Assembly: GCA_951406725.2 (NCBI GenBank)
Contig: OX597837.1
Span: 41,168,001-41,232,000, forward strand
From: Octopus vulgaris
Lineage: Eukaryota
Length of the DNA stretch: 64,000 nucleotides
Reading direction: 5' to 3'
Below, piece after piece: positions 28,079 through 41,849 of this stretch. Position 1 is the stretch's first letter. Each line of letters starts with the position of its first letter. The notes beneath the pieces were generated by a model, which ran no database searches, was not told where the DNA came from, and worked only from the letters and a program-made list of their open reading frames with translations. Position numbers and translations under genes: made by a program.

Positions 28079-28130
<52 letters not shown>

Positions 28131-28348
28131 CTTGTCCCCCTCCCTAACATCGCTTGACAACCGATGCTGGTGTGTTTACGTCCCCGTAACATAGCGGTTC
28201 GACAAAAGATACCAGTAAAATAAGTACTAGACTTACAAGGGAGAAGCCCTGGGATCGATTTCCTCGACTAAAGGCGGTGCTCCAGCATGGCCGCAGTCAA
28301 ATGACTGAAACAAGAAAATAGAGTAAAAAAGTGAGTAAAAGAGTATAT

Positions 28349-28620
28349 GCTGAGAATGATCTCGTGGTTACTAACAGCCTCTTCCGTCTTTCCAATCGGT
28401 CCAAGACCACAAGGAGGCATCCCGATACCAAAGAACTGGCACAGCCGGGACTACGCCCTCGCCGGATCATGACAAGAGCAAGGTATTTGTGACCAACAGC
28501 GTCCCTGGCGTTCATGACTGTTGGATGGATAATCAGTTACTCATTTCCTGGTTCAGCGACGGCCGTAAAACCTTCCCTACCACAATAAATCTGGAAAGAA
28601 AGCACAGCGTTTTAATATTT
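28349..28620 (+). mobile_element. Degenerate RTE-like LINE fragment (AP endonuclease region)
   Basis: Translates as AENDLVVTNSLFRLSNRSKTTRRHP, then after frameshifts WHSRDYAL and VFVTNSVPGVHDCWMDNQLLIS. This resembles the APE motifs L-x-I-T-N-T-x-F...K-T-T-W-x-H-P...D-Y...S/T-D-H. It may extend to about 28920. Confidence 0.7.
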
Positions 28621-28934
28621 ATAAATTAAAGAACGACACAGTCGAGCAGGGTTACTTGTCTCGCCTCGCGGAACTTCTACAGGAGGTATCCCCAGTGCCG
28701 CTGGTAGACAGTATGGAAGCATATTAGTCCGTCCTACACGAAACGATCAGCTGAGCTGCCGAAGAAATTAAGTTACTATTACAATCACGTTCATATATAA
28801 AGATAAATATCAGAAACTCGGCACCAGACGGGCTCACAAGAGAAGAAATCTTCAGAGGAAGAACTCCAATCCTTATTCCTGACCCTCTATGGGAGCCGGA
28901 CCCTAGGTGTCCTCTGGCAATACATATATACAGG

Positions 28935-29320
28935 GTGCTGGTAGAAACGTTAGCACGCCAGACGAAATGCTTCACGGTATTTCGTCTGCCGCTACGTTCT
29001 GAGTTCAAATTCCGCCGAGGTCGACTTTGCCTTTCATCCTTTCGGGGTCGATTAAATAAGTGCCATTTACGCATTGGGGTCGATATAATCGACTTAATCC
29101 GTTTGTTTGTCCTTGTTTGTCCCCTCTATGTTTAGCCTCTTGTGGGTAGTAAAGAAATAGGTATTTCGTCTGTCTTTACGTTCAAATTCAGCTGAGGTCA
29201 ACTATATCTTTCATCCTTTCGGGGTCGATAAATTAAGTACCAGTTGCGTACTAGGTTCGATCTAATCGACTGGCTCCCTCTCCCAAAATTTCGGGCTTTG
29301 TGCCTATAGTAGAAAAGAGT
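28935..29320 (+). mobile_element. SINE family M, dimer
   Basis: Second unit starts at about 29160 and ends in the alternative tail. Confidence 0.82.
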
Positions 29321-29340
29321 GTTGTGTTGTGTTGTGTGTG

Positions 29341-29387
<47 letters not shown>

Positions 29388-31024
29388 TGTTGTGTTGTGT
29401 GTGCTTGTGTTGTGTTGTGTTGTTTGTATGTGTTATGTGTGTGTGTGTGTGTGTGCGTGTGTGTGTGTGTTTGTGTGTCAGTATGTATGTGTGTCGGTAA
29501 GCCTGTATTAGGGGTTACGCAAGTATTTACGCTATGTATTGTTAGTGTTGTTGCCATTGTTGTAGTTGTGTGTGTGTGTGCTTAAGTACAATAACACCCG
29601 CCTCACCAGCCGCCACCACCCGGCCCTCAATCACTTCAAAAGTCATTCATACACGGTTACCTAACCTCTTTACATTGTGCAATGGCGCTGTCCTTTTCAC
29701 CGGAGATGGTGGCAGTAATAGTAGTGGTAAGAGGCAGCGGAGTAGGAGGGGACGCTGTGATAATAATAGGTGGTGGTGGTGGTGGTGGTGGTGGTGGTGG
29801 TGTTGTATGGTAGTTGTAGTGGTGATATTTGTAGTAGCGTTTATAGTAGTGTATTGATGGTGATGGTACTGGTGGTGGTGGTGGTGGTGGTGGTGGTGGT
29901 GGTGGTGGTGGTGGTGGTGGTGGTGGTGGTGGTGGTGGTGATGGTGGTGGCAGCAGTAGTAAAATAGTTGAACGGTTGGCTGTGATTACAATAAATGGGT
30001 ATTTTGCCCTATTTCACTATAGTAATTCACACATTTCAGCAGACGCTAGTCGCTGTCTCTCGCTCTCTCTGCACAGGTACACAAACACACACACACACAC
30101 ACTCATACACACATACACACGCACATACACACATACACACACACACACACAACACACACTCATACACACACTCATACACACACACGCACATACACACGCA
30201 CACACACACAACAAACACAAACACACATACACACAGACACAAACACACACACACACACTCATACACACACACACACTCATACACACACACACACTCATAC
30301 ACACACACGCAAACACAAACAACAAACACAAACACACATACACACAGACACACACGCACAAGCACACGCACATACGAACATAGGCACACATGCGCGCACA
30401 CACACACAGAAGTACACGCACACAAATATGCACAGACGCACTGGAACAGATGCACACAAGCACGTATGCACACACACGCACACACACATAAACGCACACA
30501 CATGCACACACACACGCATAAACGCACACACACACACATAAATGCACATACACACATGCACACAGACACACACAGACACGCACACACAGACGCAGGCACG
30601 CACACACGCATTCACACGTACATACACACATGAACACAAACACACACATATATAGCTGCACACACGCATAGGCACACATACTCACGCACGCGCGCGCGCT
30701 CACGCACACACACATGGATACACAAAAACACACGCACGAATACACACACATACATGCACACGCATACGAGCACGCTCGCAGATGCACACCCATACATACA
30801 TGCACACACACACATACATGCACACGTACACATATGCACACACGCACACGTGTACACGTGCACACCCCCACACCCCTACAGACACACCCCTACACACACA
30901 TGCATACATATTAAACCATTGTTTAAATGGAGAAAACACAGTTAACCACGCCCTCGAGGAAGAACACCCCAAAATCCTTAACATCTGTAAAATATAGGAA
31001 ACCATACCTAAATATTTAGACATA

Positions 31025-31463
31025 GGGGCAGGCATGGCTGTGTGGTAAGGAACTTGCTTCCTAGCCACATGGTTCTGGGTTCAGTCTCGTTGCTTGGCAC
31101 CTTAGGCAAGTGTTTGCTATTATAGGCTTTGGTCGACCAAAGCCTTGTTAGTGGATTTGGTCGAAGGAAACCGAATGAAACCCGTCGTGTACATATATGG
31201 CTCTGTGTGTATGTGTGTGTGCATGTGTGTGTGTGTGCATGTGCATGTGTGTGTGCATGTGTGTGTGTGTGCATATGTGTGTGTGTGCATGTGTGTGTCC
31301 ATGTGTGTATGGTTGTGTGTGCGTCTATGTGTGTGTGTGCAAAAATGCGTCTACGAGTGTGCGCGTGTGCACGTGTGCGTGCGTGCGCATGTGTGTGCGC
31401 GTGCACGTGTGTATGCATGTGTGTGTGCGTGTGTTAGCGTGTGTGTGTATGTGAGTGTGTGTA

Positions 31464-31495
<32 letters not shown>

Positions 31496-31745
31496 CAAAA
31501 TTACATGTGTGTGTGTATGTGTGTGTGTCTATGTCTGTGTCTGTGTTGGCCATTCTTCCCACCGCTTGACAACCGGTGCTAGCATGCTTACGTCCCCGCA
31601 ACTTAGCGGTTCGGCAAAAGTGATTGATAAAATAAGCAGCAGACTTGGAAAAACAATTACCACCGGTGCCGATTCATTCAACAAAAATTCTTCAAATCGG
31701 AGTCCCAGTATGGCCGCAGTCTAATGACTGAAAGAGGTAAACGAA
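31025..31745 (+). mobile_element. SINE family V with expanded (TG)n interior
   Basis: Head gcaggcatggctgtgtggtaagg, about 350 bp of GT-rich microsatellite, then the 3' half. Confidence 0.75.
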
Positions 31746-32857
31746 AGCTGAGTGGACTGGGGCGACGTGAAATAAAGTGTTCTACCAATAACATACCTCG
31801 CGGCCGGGAATCGAACTCACAATCTCACGCTCGTGAGCCGAACATCCTAACCACTAGTTCACGTGCTGCTAGTTTGCCACTCGATGTGTATTTATACAGG
31901 TAAGAAAACCTTATTAAAGGTGTGAATTGCGTATGATATATATTTCTTTATTGCCCACAAGGGGCTAAACATAGAAGAGACAAACAAGGACAGACATAGG
32001 TATTAAGTCGATTATATCGACCCCAGTGCGTAACTGGTACTTAATTTATCGACCCCGAAAGGATGAATGGCAAAGTCGACCTCGGCGGATAGCGTATGAT
32101 ATATTTTACAATTTCTTAAAAACCTGAGTGAAAGGATTGTATATTTTAGTCGAGGCAATAAATTAAATAAAGGGTCAAAGGTCAAGCAACAGATTAAGCA
32201 CACAGATCGGTGTTGGCGTAGGGGGCAGGAAAAAAATTGAAAAGAAATAAGAATATAAATTGCGATGGAAATGTTTATTGGATATAGGTCAGTATAAGGT
32301 CAGGTAAAGAATAATGGCTTAGCGCAGTTCAGGGTAGTCTAAAAAAGGACTGACTTTAATATTTGTTTTATTATAAATATTTAATGTGCCATATGGAATT
32401 TATGAGAAAAAATATTTTACTTTCTCACTGTGTGTTTGGTATGTTGCGGTGTGTCAGTTTCTAAAATAATTGTTCCTATGTATGCTACTAGAGAAAAAGT
32501 TCTACGGTAAATTTATATTTATATTTATATATTACCCCTAGCGGCCGAAATTATACCAAGGGAGATCATCGTTTGTATATACTATTTGGTGGGATTAGAA
32601 TTTTGAATTTGAAATTAAGAAAGCATAAGGGAAAAAAAATGCATAAAATTCACATATTTAATTTTGGGGATCTTTTCGGTTTGAACGGCAGTTTTAACAT
32701 AATTTCTAGGTAACTAAAAATTTTAAACTTCGTATGCTGGTAGAATGTGTTTATAAAACGTCTTTTTCTCTTGGCTTTATTGAGAAAATTCTATAGTTTG
32801 TAAGATATTTGTTGTTTTTTTTCTTCAATTTCTGCAATTTCAACCAATCAATGACGT

Positions 32858-33170
32858 CATCCTTTCGGGGTCGATAAATTAAGTACCAGTTACGCACTGG
32901 GGTCGATATACTTGACTTAATCCATTTGTCTGTCCTTGTTTGTCCCCTCTGTGTTTAGCCCTTTGTGGGTAGTAAAGAAATAGGTATTACGTCTGCCGTT
33001 ACCTTCTGAGTTCAAATTCCGCCGAAGTCGACTTTGCCTTTCATCCTTTCGGGGTCGATAAATTAAGTACCAGTTACGCACTGAGGTCGATGTAATCGAC
33101 TTAATACCTTTGTCTGTCCTAGTTTGTCCCCTCTATGTTTAGCCCATTGTGGGCAATAAAAAAGAAATAA
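32858..33170 (+). mobile_element. SINE family M, 5'-truncated dimer
   Basis: Two M units with the gtagtaaagaaata|ggtatt junction. Confidence 0.82.
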
Positions 33171-33454
33171 GTAAAAGAAAAGAGGAAATGTTCTTAGATT
33201 TTATACTCAAGATATCGTTGTATAACAGGATTTTTGTCCTTGGGTAGCAATTGTTATTTCCTATTTGCTTATCCCCAGAAAATATAAAAAATGGGTAACA
33301 TTTCCTTAAAACTTTGCTTTTGTTACATTTATTCAAACTGCAAAGAATGCGTCTCAACACACGGCTATGAATCTCCCCCACTACTCCTGCTTAAGATCAA
33401 AGATGCGCATATTGTCAGCCACAAAGGGATGTGCTCAACAGGTTACGGTCAAGT

Positions 33455-33850
33455 AACTGACAAGCAAATCTGCGCTACTGAACAGAATATTTGCTATAAT
33501 TTCTGTTTCCGCAACTCAGTAATGGAAAATAGGTCAGTTTTAAACCATTGCTGTACAGGTAACGAAAGTATATTTTGAAGGCAATAGCAGTCATTGCTTT
33601 TGATTCCTAGATCGAAGCAAATAAGAAGTAACACTGACCAAATGCAAGAAAAAAATATGTGGTTTTGAGCAGAATATTTGCTATAACGATATTTCTGCTT
33701 CAGTAACTCAACACTGAATCTGTTTGAAATGTAATGGAAAATAGGTCAGTTTCAGAACATTGATGTCCAGGTCACAAAAGCAAAAAAATTGAAAGGAATA
33801 GTAGTGATTTCCTGTGATTTCAAGACAGAAGCAAATAGGGAATTAACACT
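33455..33850. repeat. Diverged ~190-210-bp tandem duplication
   Basis: cagaatatttgctataa...gtaatggaaaataggtcagttt...gaagcaaata occurs twice. Confidence 0.7.
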
Positions 33851-34179
33851 TCCTGAACAAAGACAAAAACAAATAAAAAAAACTGATAATAAATAAATAA
33901 ATAATAAAATTTTGTTGCACAGTGTTTCCAAGAAATTCTACCGCTTGAAAATATCTTATAGCAGCCAGTAATCCCATTTTTTAACCCCAAATTCATAAAC
34001 CGTTTTCAGATACACTCTTTGAGGTGTAGATGTTGGCTTATATATACTAATTCTCCTTCGTTAAATAAGAATTCTTTGTTGATACATAAGCAGTGTAAAT
34101 AAAAATTCTCTTTCATAATCATGTTCGCTAGTAACAACAATCGGATTATCGAAAACTGTTAGAAGCCTCTGGAATAAGT

Positions 34180-34400
34180 AACAGTAAATTATATTTGATG
34201 CTTTTCAGTAGCATTAAATTGTATTTAGTATGTTTAAGAAGCAGTAAACTTTATTTCAAGTGTTTATGTACTAATAAATTGTATAACTCATTTAAATAGC
34301 AATAAATTATGGTTAGTAGATTAAGTAGTTATAAATTGTATTTAATATGTTTAAGTTGCAATAAATTGCATGCCACGATTTTAAATTTGAATAAATCGTA
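34180..34400. repeat. ~30-bp AT-rich minisatellite
   Basis: ataaattgtatttaatatgtttaagtagca-like units. Confidence 0.7.
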
Positions 34401-34495
34401 TGACATGCGTTTGCGCTCATATGCTGCCGACGTCACCTGTGTGACGTCATCCTCAAATGCTGCTGACGTCATCTTTCGGGATTGATAAAATAAGT

Positions 34496-34884
34496 GGAGT
34501 GGAAGCACTCCGTCGGTTACGACGATGAGGGTTCCGGTTGATCCGAATCAACGGAACAGCCTGCTCGTGAAATTAACGCGTAAGTGGCTGAGCACTCCAC
34601 AGACACGTGCAGCCGTAACGTATTTCTCGGGGATATTCAGCGTGACACAGAGAGTGACAAGGCCGGCCCCTTGAAATACAGGTACAACAGAAACAGGAAG
34701 TAAGAGTGAGAGAAAGTTGTGGTGAAAGAGTACAGCAGGGATCACCACCATCCCCTGCCGGAGCCTCGTGGAGCTTTTAGGTGTTTTCGCTCAAAAACAC
34801 TCACAACGCCCGGTCTGGGAATCGAAACCACGATCCTATGACCGCGAGTCCGCTGCCCTAACTACTGGGCCATTGTGTCTCCAA
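34496..34884 (-). mobile_element. Full-length tRNA-derived SINE (head + middle A + tail 1) with 12-bp TSD
   Basis: TSD gataaaataagt at 34484-34495 and 34885-34896; near-identical to 59828-60216. Confidence 0.9.
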
Positions 34885-36066
34885 GATAAAATAAGTACCA
34901 GTTGAGCACTAATGTAGATGTGGTCATCGTGTCCCTCCCCTCATAAGTCAGAGCTTGTGCATACAGCTTAAATGATTATTATGAGCTTATTTCATAGAGT
35001 GCTCAGGTGTATTACAACTCCATGTATGTATGTATGTCGTATGAATATGTACACAGGTGTGGTTGTGTGGTAAGACGCTTTCTTCCCAAGCATATGGCTC
35101 CGAGTTCAGTCCCACTGCTTGGCACTTAGGCAAGTGTCTTCTACTACAGCTTCGGACCGACCAAAGCCTAGTGAGTGGGTTTGGTAGATGGAAACTGAGA
35201 GGCCCGTTGTGCACACACACACACACACATACCAGCGGCACATGGTGGTTGTTGCACTGGGTCTGCTGCTACACCCAATACCACCAAATTTCAAGCAGGG
35301 GTATACGCGTTGTCCTTGAGTAAAACACTTTATTTCTCGTTGCTCCAGTTCACTTAACTAGCAAAAATGTGTTTTACCTGTATTTCAAAGAGACAGCCTT
35401 GTCACATTCTGTGTTACGCTGAATCTCCCAGAGAGCAACGTTAAGAGTACACGTGTATGTGCAGTGCTCAGCCATTTGCCCGTTAATTTCACGAGCAGGC
35501 TGTTCTGTTGATCGCATCAGCTGGAACACTCGTCGTCGTAACCGACAGAGTGCCATTTCAGGTAACATCTAGGTTTTTGTCCCTAATGTTTTACATAGTC
35601 CAACCTATACAGGTTAATGTGTGAAAAGTAAAACAGAAATTATAAAAGAAATTTCTATAAAACTAGTTTTTAAATACAGAATGGTTATTGGGGTCCACCA
35701 GAATAACATAGTAATTAAAGGGGTCCATAGATTGAAAATGGTTCAGAAACACTGCGTTAAAACGTACACTGTAGTGTTTTTGTACACAATCTTTTACCTT
35801 CTTCTTCTTCTTCTTCTTCTTCTTCTTCTTCTTCTTCTTCTTCTTCTTCTTCTTCTTCTTCTTCTTCTTCTTCACTTTCTGACAAACGACAAGATTCCGA
35901 AACGTTAAGCTGTCCATATTTTATACTAATTAAACTGACTGAATTTGTCTATACAATTTCCTGTGAACTCATTTTTGCCGAAGTAGATTATCCCTAGATA
36001 TCTCAGATTTTAAACTCAACCAAATAAAATTCCTCTAGAAGGCGCTTTCTCCCTCTCTCCCTCTTC

Positions 36067-36097
<31 letters not shown>

Positions 36098-36355
36098 CTC
36101 TCTTTCGTCTCTCTTTTCGACTTTACACACATGCACACACAGATTTTATTTATGATTGAGTCTGTTCTCCAATTTTGTTCCAACTTAGCATATTCCAGAT
36201 TGATTGACACAAAATAGGAAGAAAGAAACAACAGCAAAAATAGAAACAAACAATTCAATTTATTTGTTGATAGACAAGAAATAGAGTGAAAAAGGAGAAA
36301 AAGCAGAACAAAATGTGGTTTACTGCATAGAATCAGTATTGATAAAGGTCTATAT

Positions 36356-36394
<39 letters not shown>

Positions 36395-36484
36395 CATCTG
36401 TATATACATATCCATATGTATATGTAAATATATATATATTAAGAACAATCTTACTTAGAAATGGATGCGTGCGTTCCGTCATAT

Positions 36485-36534
<50 letters not shown>

Positions 36535-36574
36535 TTATATATATATACATACATACTTGCACTATATACATGCA

Positions 36575-36652
<78 letters not shown>

Positions 36653-36932
36653 TGTATGTATGTATGTATGTATATATATATAGGCATGCAGGTAGGTAGG
36701 TAGGTAGGTAGGTAGGTAGGTAGATGTAAATTAGCGCGAAAGATGACAATAGGAAGTAGATGGAATGGAATGTAAATAGATGTTCCGCTATTCTTAGATT
36801 TTTGTTTGTTTTTGTTTTTATTTTCTTTGTATATTTTGTGTATACTAACATCGTTCAATCATATGAGGGATATATGGGTGCCGATGGTCTTATACATATA
36901 TGCACACATATATACATTTATATAAATGCATA

Positions 36933-36993
<61 letters not shown>

Positions 36994-37121
36994 ATCAAAA
37001 CAGTTTGATTCAAATTCGTTGGTACTCCGAGTTTCAAACCGTGATACGAGTTTTCAGCTATTTTGAATTAGAACTTGAAATTTTGAATTTTGAATTCGTA
37101 TTTCATTTGTCGACTCACTCG

Positions 37122-37158
<37 letters not shown>

Positions 37159-37433
37159 GCACACACAAACACACACACATACACACGCGCGCACGCACAC
37201 ACTCACACATACGCGCACGCACATATTATCTATTTCAGTCAGTGGACTGCGGCCAAGCTGGGGTACTGCCTTAAAGGCTGTTAGTTGAAAAGATCGACCC
37301 ATGTATTTTTAATTTCTGAAAGGCAGGTACTTATTGTGTCGGTGTCTATTGCCGAACTACTAAGTTTTGAGGCCGCAAACAAAATAGCACAGATTTTCTG
37401 GTGGTTTGGCGGGGGAGATAGGTAGATAGGTAA

Positions 37434-37504
<71 letters not shown>

Positions 37505-37507
37505 TAT

Positions 37508-37570
<63 letters not shown>

Positions 37571-37668
37571 TAGATATAGATATAGATATATAGATATATA
37601 CACACGATACACGACAGGTTCCTTTCAGTTTCTGTGTCTACCACTTCCACTCATACATACATATATAC

Positions 37669-37781
<113 letters not shown>

Positions 37782-38097
37782 TGTATGTATGTATGTATGT
37801 GTGTGAATATGTTTGTGCGTCCGTGTATGTCCAGCATCGCTTGACAACCGATGCTGGTGTGTTTACGTCCCCGTAACTTAGCCGTTCGGCATAAGATACC
37901 GATAGAATAAGTACTAGGCTTACAAAGAATAAGTCCTGGGGTCGATTTGCTCGACTAAAGGCGGTGCTCCAGCATGGCCGCAGTTAAATGACTGAAACAA
38001 GTAAAAGAGTAAAAGAAGAAAAAAAGAGTATATGTTCGTATGCATATTCGAATATGCTGCACACACACGTAGATATATGTATATATATATATATATA

Positions 38098-38140
<43 letters not shown>

Positions 38141-39819
38141 ATGGAGCTCTGGATGTCGGCCAGTTGACTCCGGTTCTTCAGTTGCAAGGCTAAGGTACTT
38201 AATAAACTAACAACCTATAACGACTAACACACATCGTATCCCAGCCATGAGACCAGCGAACACGTTTGCTTTCACCGACGCCATATTTGCAATGCCGCCA
38301 CTCTGATATTCATGGCATTACAGCATCTAATTCGATACAAGAGATGACTTTTTTTTACGTTTTCCCACCTTACATCTTATCCTTTTCTTCTTATTATTGT
38401 TGCTGCGGCTGCTGTTGTTTTTTTGTTGTTGTTGTTTTCGTTGTTTTAGTTGCTCTTTGTTGTTTTTCATGTGTAGTCATTTCTGTCAGGAACGGAACGA
38501 GCAGATTTATGATCAAAGGCATTCCAGCCGTGACCAACCATTTATCATATTCCGTCTTTTGTTCAGTGTATCTGTGATTACATTTTCCTCTGTATCCTTC
38601 TGTGTTTGTTTTCCTTTAAGACGACAGTGTGATTTGAGTGAGATTTAACTGCTGTTTCTAGTATATTGTCCGACCGCATTGAGGCTCCCGCACGTCGTGT
38701 AGACGCGTTTTTCTTTGCTTTTATCTCTACAAACGTTTAATCCCTACACATAGGTATAAACGCACACACATCCAGAAGAAACCACATTCATAGACATACA
38801 CACGCACACACACTCACAGACGCAAACACACACACATACAAACGAGCTGGCAGACACGTTAGCGCGCCGGGCGAAATGCTTAGCGGTATTTCGTCTGTCG
38901 TTACGTTCTGAGTTAAAATTCCGCCGAGGTCCACTTTGCCTTTCATTCTTTCGGGGTCGATAAATAAAGCACCAGTTTCGCACTGGGGTCGATGCAATCG
39001 ACTTAATCCCTTTGTCTGTCCTTGTTTGTCCCCTCTATGTTTAGACCCTTGTGGGTAGTAAAGAAATATGCTATTAGATCTTTTATCTTTTACCTGTTTC
39101 AGTCACTTGGACCGCGGTCATGCTGGAGCACCGCTTCAAAGGGTCTAGTGAGCAAGTCAACCCAGGTAATGTTACTGTATAAATTCTTTTGGGTCCCCCA
39201 AATCGGTTCGCATTACTTTTTCTTCGAAATGCCAAGTCTTGAATTCCCGGAAATCACACGTCGAGCAAAAGAGCAAAAGCTCGATCGAGTCTTGAATTTC
39301 CGGGTATTTCCACGCTATACTCTTACCTTTTGGGTCCTGATTCAAAATGATGGACCCAGATCTCATCATCGGTGACTATTCTTTCCAAAAAAAGGTTCGC
39401 TTTCATCATTGTAAAGGTAAGCATTGAAATGCTTAGCGGTATTTCGTCTGCGGATACGTTCTGAGTTCAAATTCCGCCAAGGTCGACTTTGCCTTTCATC
39501 CTTTCGGGGTCGATTAAATAACTACCAGTTACGCACTGGGTCGATATAATCGGGCCCAGGCTGTAGTATATGCATGTATATATATATATTCTTTTATTCT
39601 TTTATTTTTTTCAGTCATTTGACTGCGGCCACGCTGGAGCACCGCCTTTGGTCGAACAAATCGACTTCAGGACTCTTTCTTTGCAAGCGTAGTACTTATT
39701 CTATCCCCCTTTTTTGCCGAACTGCTAAGTTACGGTTGTCAAGCGATGATTGGGGGACAAACACACACACACACACACATATATATATGTCTGTATGTAT
39801 CTATGTATATGTATAAATG

Positions 39820-39865
<46 letters not shown>

Positions 39866-40618
39866 TTAGATGGATGCATACATACATACATTCATATGTA
39901 TATATATACTTATATATAAGTATATATGCCTACACACACATATATACATATATATATGTATCTATATATAAATATGATATATATGTGTGTGTGCATGTGT
40001 GCGTGCGTGTGTGTGTGTGTGTGTAAAACCACTCCATATATATACGCATACGTATCTACAAATAATATTAGTGCGAAGAACCTTCGATTTAGTTAACTGT
40101 TTATAAACTATATTTTAGACTATATATATATTAAAAATATATATATATATATATATATATACATACACTGTTTCTTAGTAAAATTTCTTTCTCTATTTTC
40201 TTTTTTTTTTCTTGTGGAGGAATTGGGGGGGAGGTTGAGGAAGTGGTTGGGGGCGGCGTGGTCTTTTCTCTTAAATCTTTAGTTCGTTTATTTGTTTGGA
40301 AGACAGTAAAATCATAGAATTATGGCTGGAATAAATGTCACTTAATCTTCTATAAGACGCAATCAACCTTAGCACGCTAACAAACGCGCACCTGTACATT
40401 GTCATATACACATACGCACAGAGTCGTATGCATATACACGCATGTATATAGTCACAGAATTTTATTGGGTATTTATGTGTTTGTGAGTGTGTGTCTGTGT
40501 GTTTGTGTGTGTGTATCAAGCTTACGCATCTCTGTGCGTGTGTATATATGTGTATGTATGGGTGCTTATGTACTTCGAAACACATATGTGTGTATATTTA
40601 TATGTGTATAAAAACACA

Positions 40619-40672
<54 letters not shown>

Positions 40673-40930
40673 TATGTATATATACACACACGCATATACA
40701 TGTATGTATGCATGTGTGTAGCTATCTGTCTGTCTGCCCATCTGATTATCTATGCATCTATCTATCTATCTATCTATATTTATCTCTCTCCTTTTCTGCC
40801 CCACCCCTCTCTCTTCTCCATATATATACATCTGGCCTCTAACATGTTTTTCTGCAAAATAAGGATGTTCTATCCTATTTATGCTTTCAGTGTTATTATT
40901 ATGCGTTTGACAAAAAAATATTTCCATATT

Positions 40931-40969
<39 letters not shown>

Positions 40970-41036
40970 ACATATATATGTATGTATATATGTATTATGC
41001 ACACACACATATCTACATATATATTTACATATACAT

Positions 41037-41083
<47 letters not shown>

Positions 41084-41095
<12 letters not shown>

Positions 41096-41251
41096 TTAGA
41101 GACAAAACCACTATTTTGAAAACAAACAAGGAAAGACTTAATCAATACATAAAATAGTGGTTTTGTCTCTAATAATATTATATAATATTTTACTATAAAA
41201 TTGGATTTAATCCTAAATCTGATTTTTTCCCTGTAAATTTGGATTTATTCC

Positions 41252-41255
<4 letters not shown>
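41084..41255. mobile_element. Second copy of the 27822-28078 family, with a different inversion
   Basis: Shares gagacaaaaccact...aaacaaggaaagacttaatcaatacataaaat and ataatattttactataaaattggatttaa...ccctaatat with the first copy. Has ~34-bp inverted arms and (TA)n flanks. Confidence 0.7.
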
Positions 41256-41317
<62 letters not shown>

Positions 41318-41385
41318 TATAAATATATATATATACATATATACGTACATACATACATACATATATACATACATACATATATACA

Positions 41386-41418
<33 letters not shown>

Positions 41419-41493
41419 GCATACATACATACATACATGCATGCATGCCTACATAAATACATACATACATACATACATACATACATACATACA

Positions 41494-41527
<34 letters not shown>

Positions 41528-41808
41528 CATACGCACATACGTATAGTGACCATCTTCAATTCTGCGAATCTCAGCTCAGATACACTCATACACTCAAACA
41601 CACACATTACTTGACATATCTGTGTGTATGAGTGTATATTTGTATGTGCAAGTGTGCGTACGTGTCTGTGTGCATGCGCGCGTGTACGCGTGTGTATTAA
41701 CACTTTACAGTCAATACAGTTGAGCCTCAATATACACATTGAATTAGTTTTATTCTGCGTATATGTGTGCGTGTGTGTGTTTGTGTGAGTCGTGTTTATG
41801 TGGATGGT

Positions 41809-41849
<41 letters not shown>

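Larger units (their letters stand above)
27685..28320 (+). mobile_element. SINE family V interrupted by the hammerhead-bearing insert
   Basis: 5' half gggttcagtcccactgcgtg...gaagcccgtcg(TA)n; 3' half cgcttgacaaccgatgctgg...gactgaaacaag. Confidence 0.8.

Noticed and set aside
37028-37075. Minus-strand CTGAAAA...GAAActcggagTA
   Set aside because: Core mismatch and no stem I pairing.
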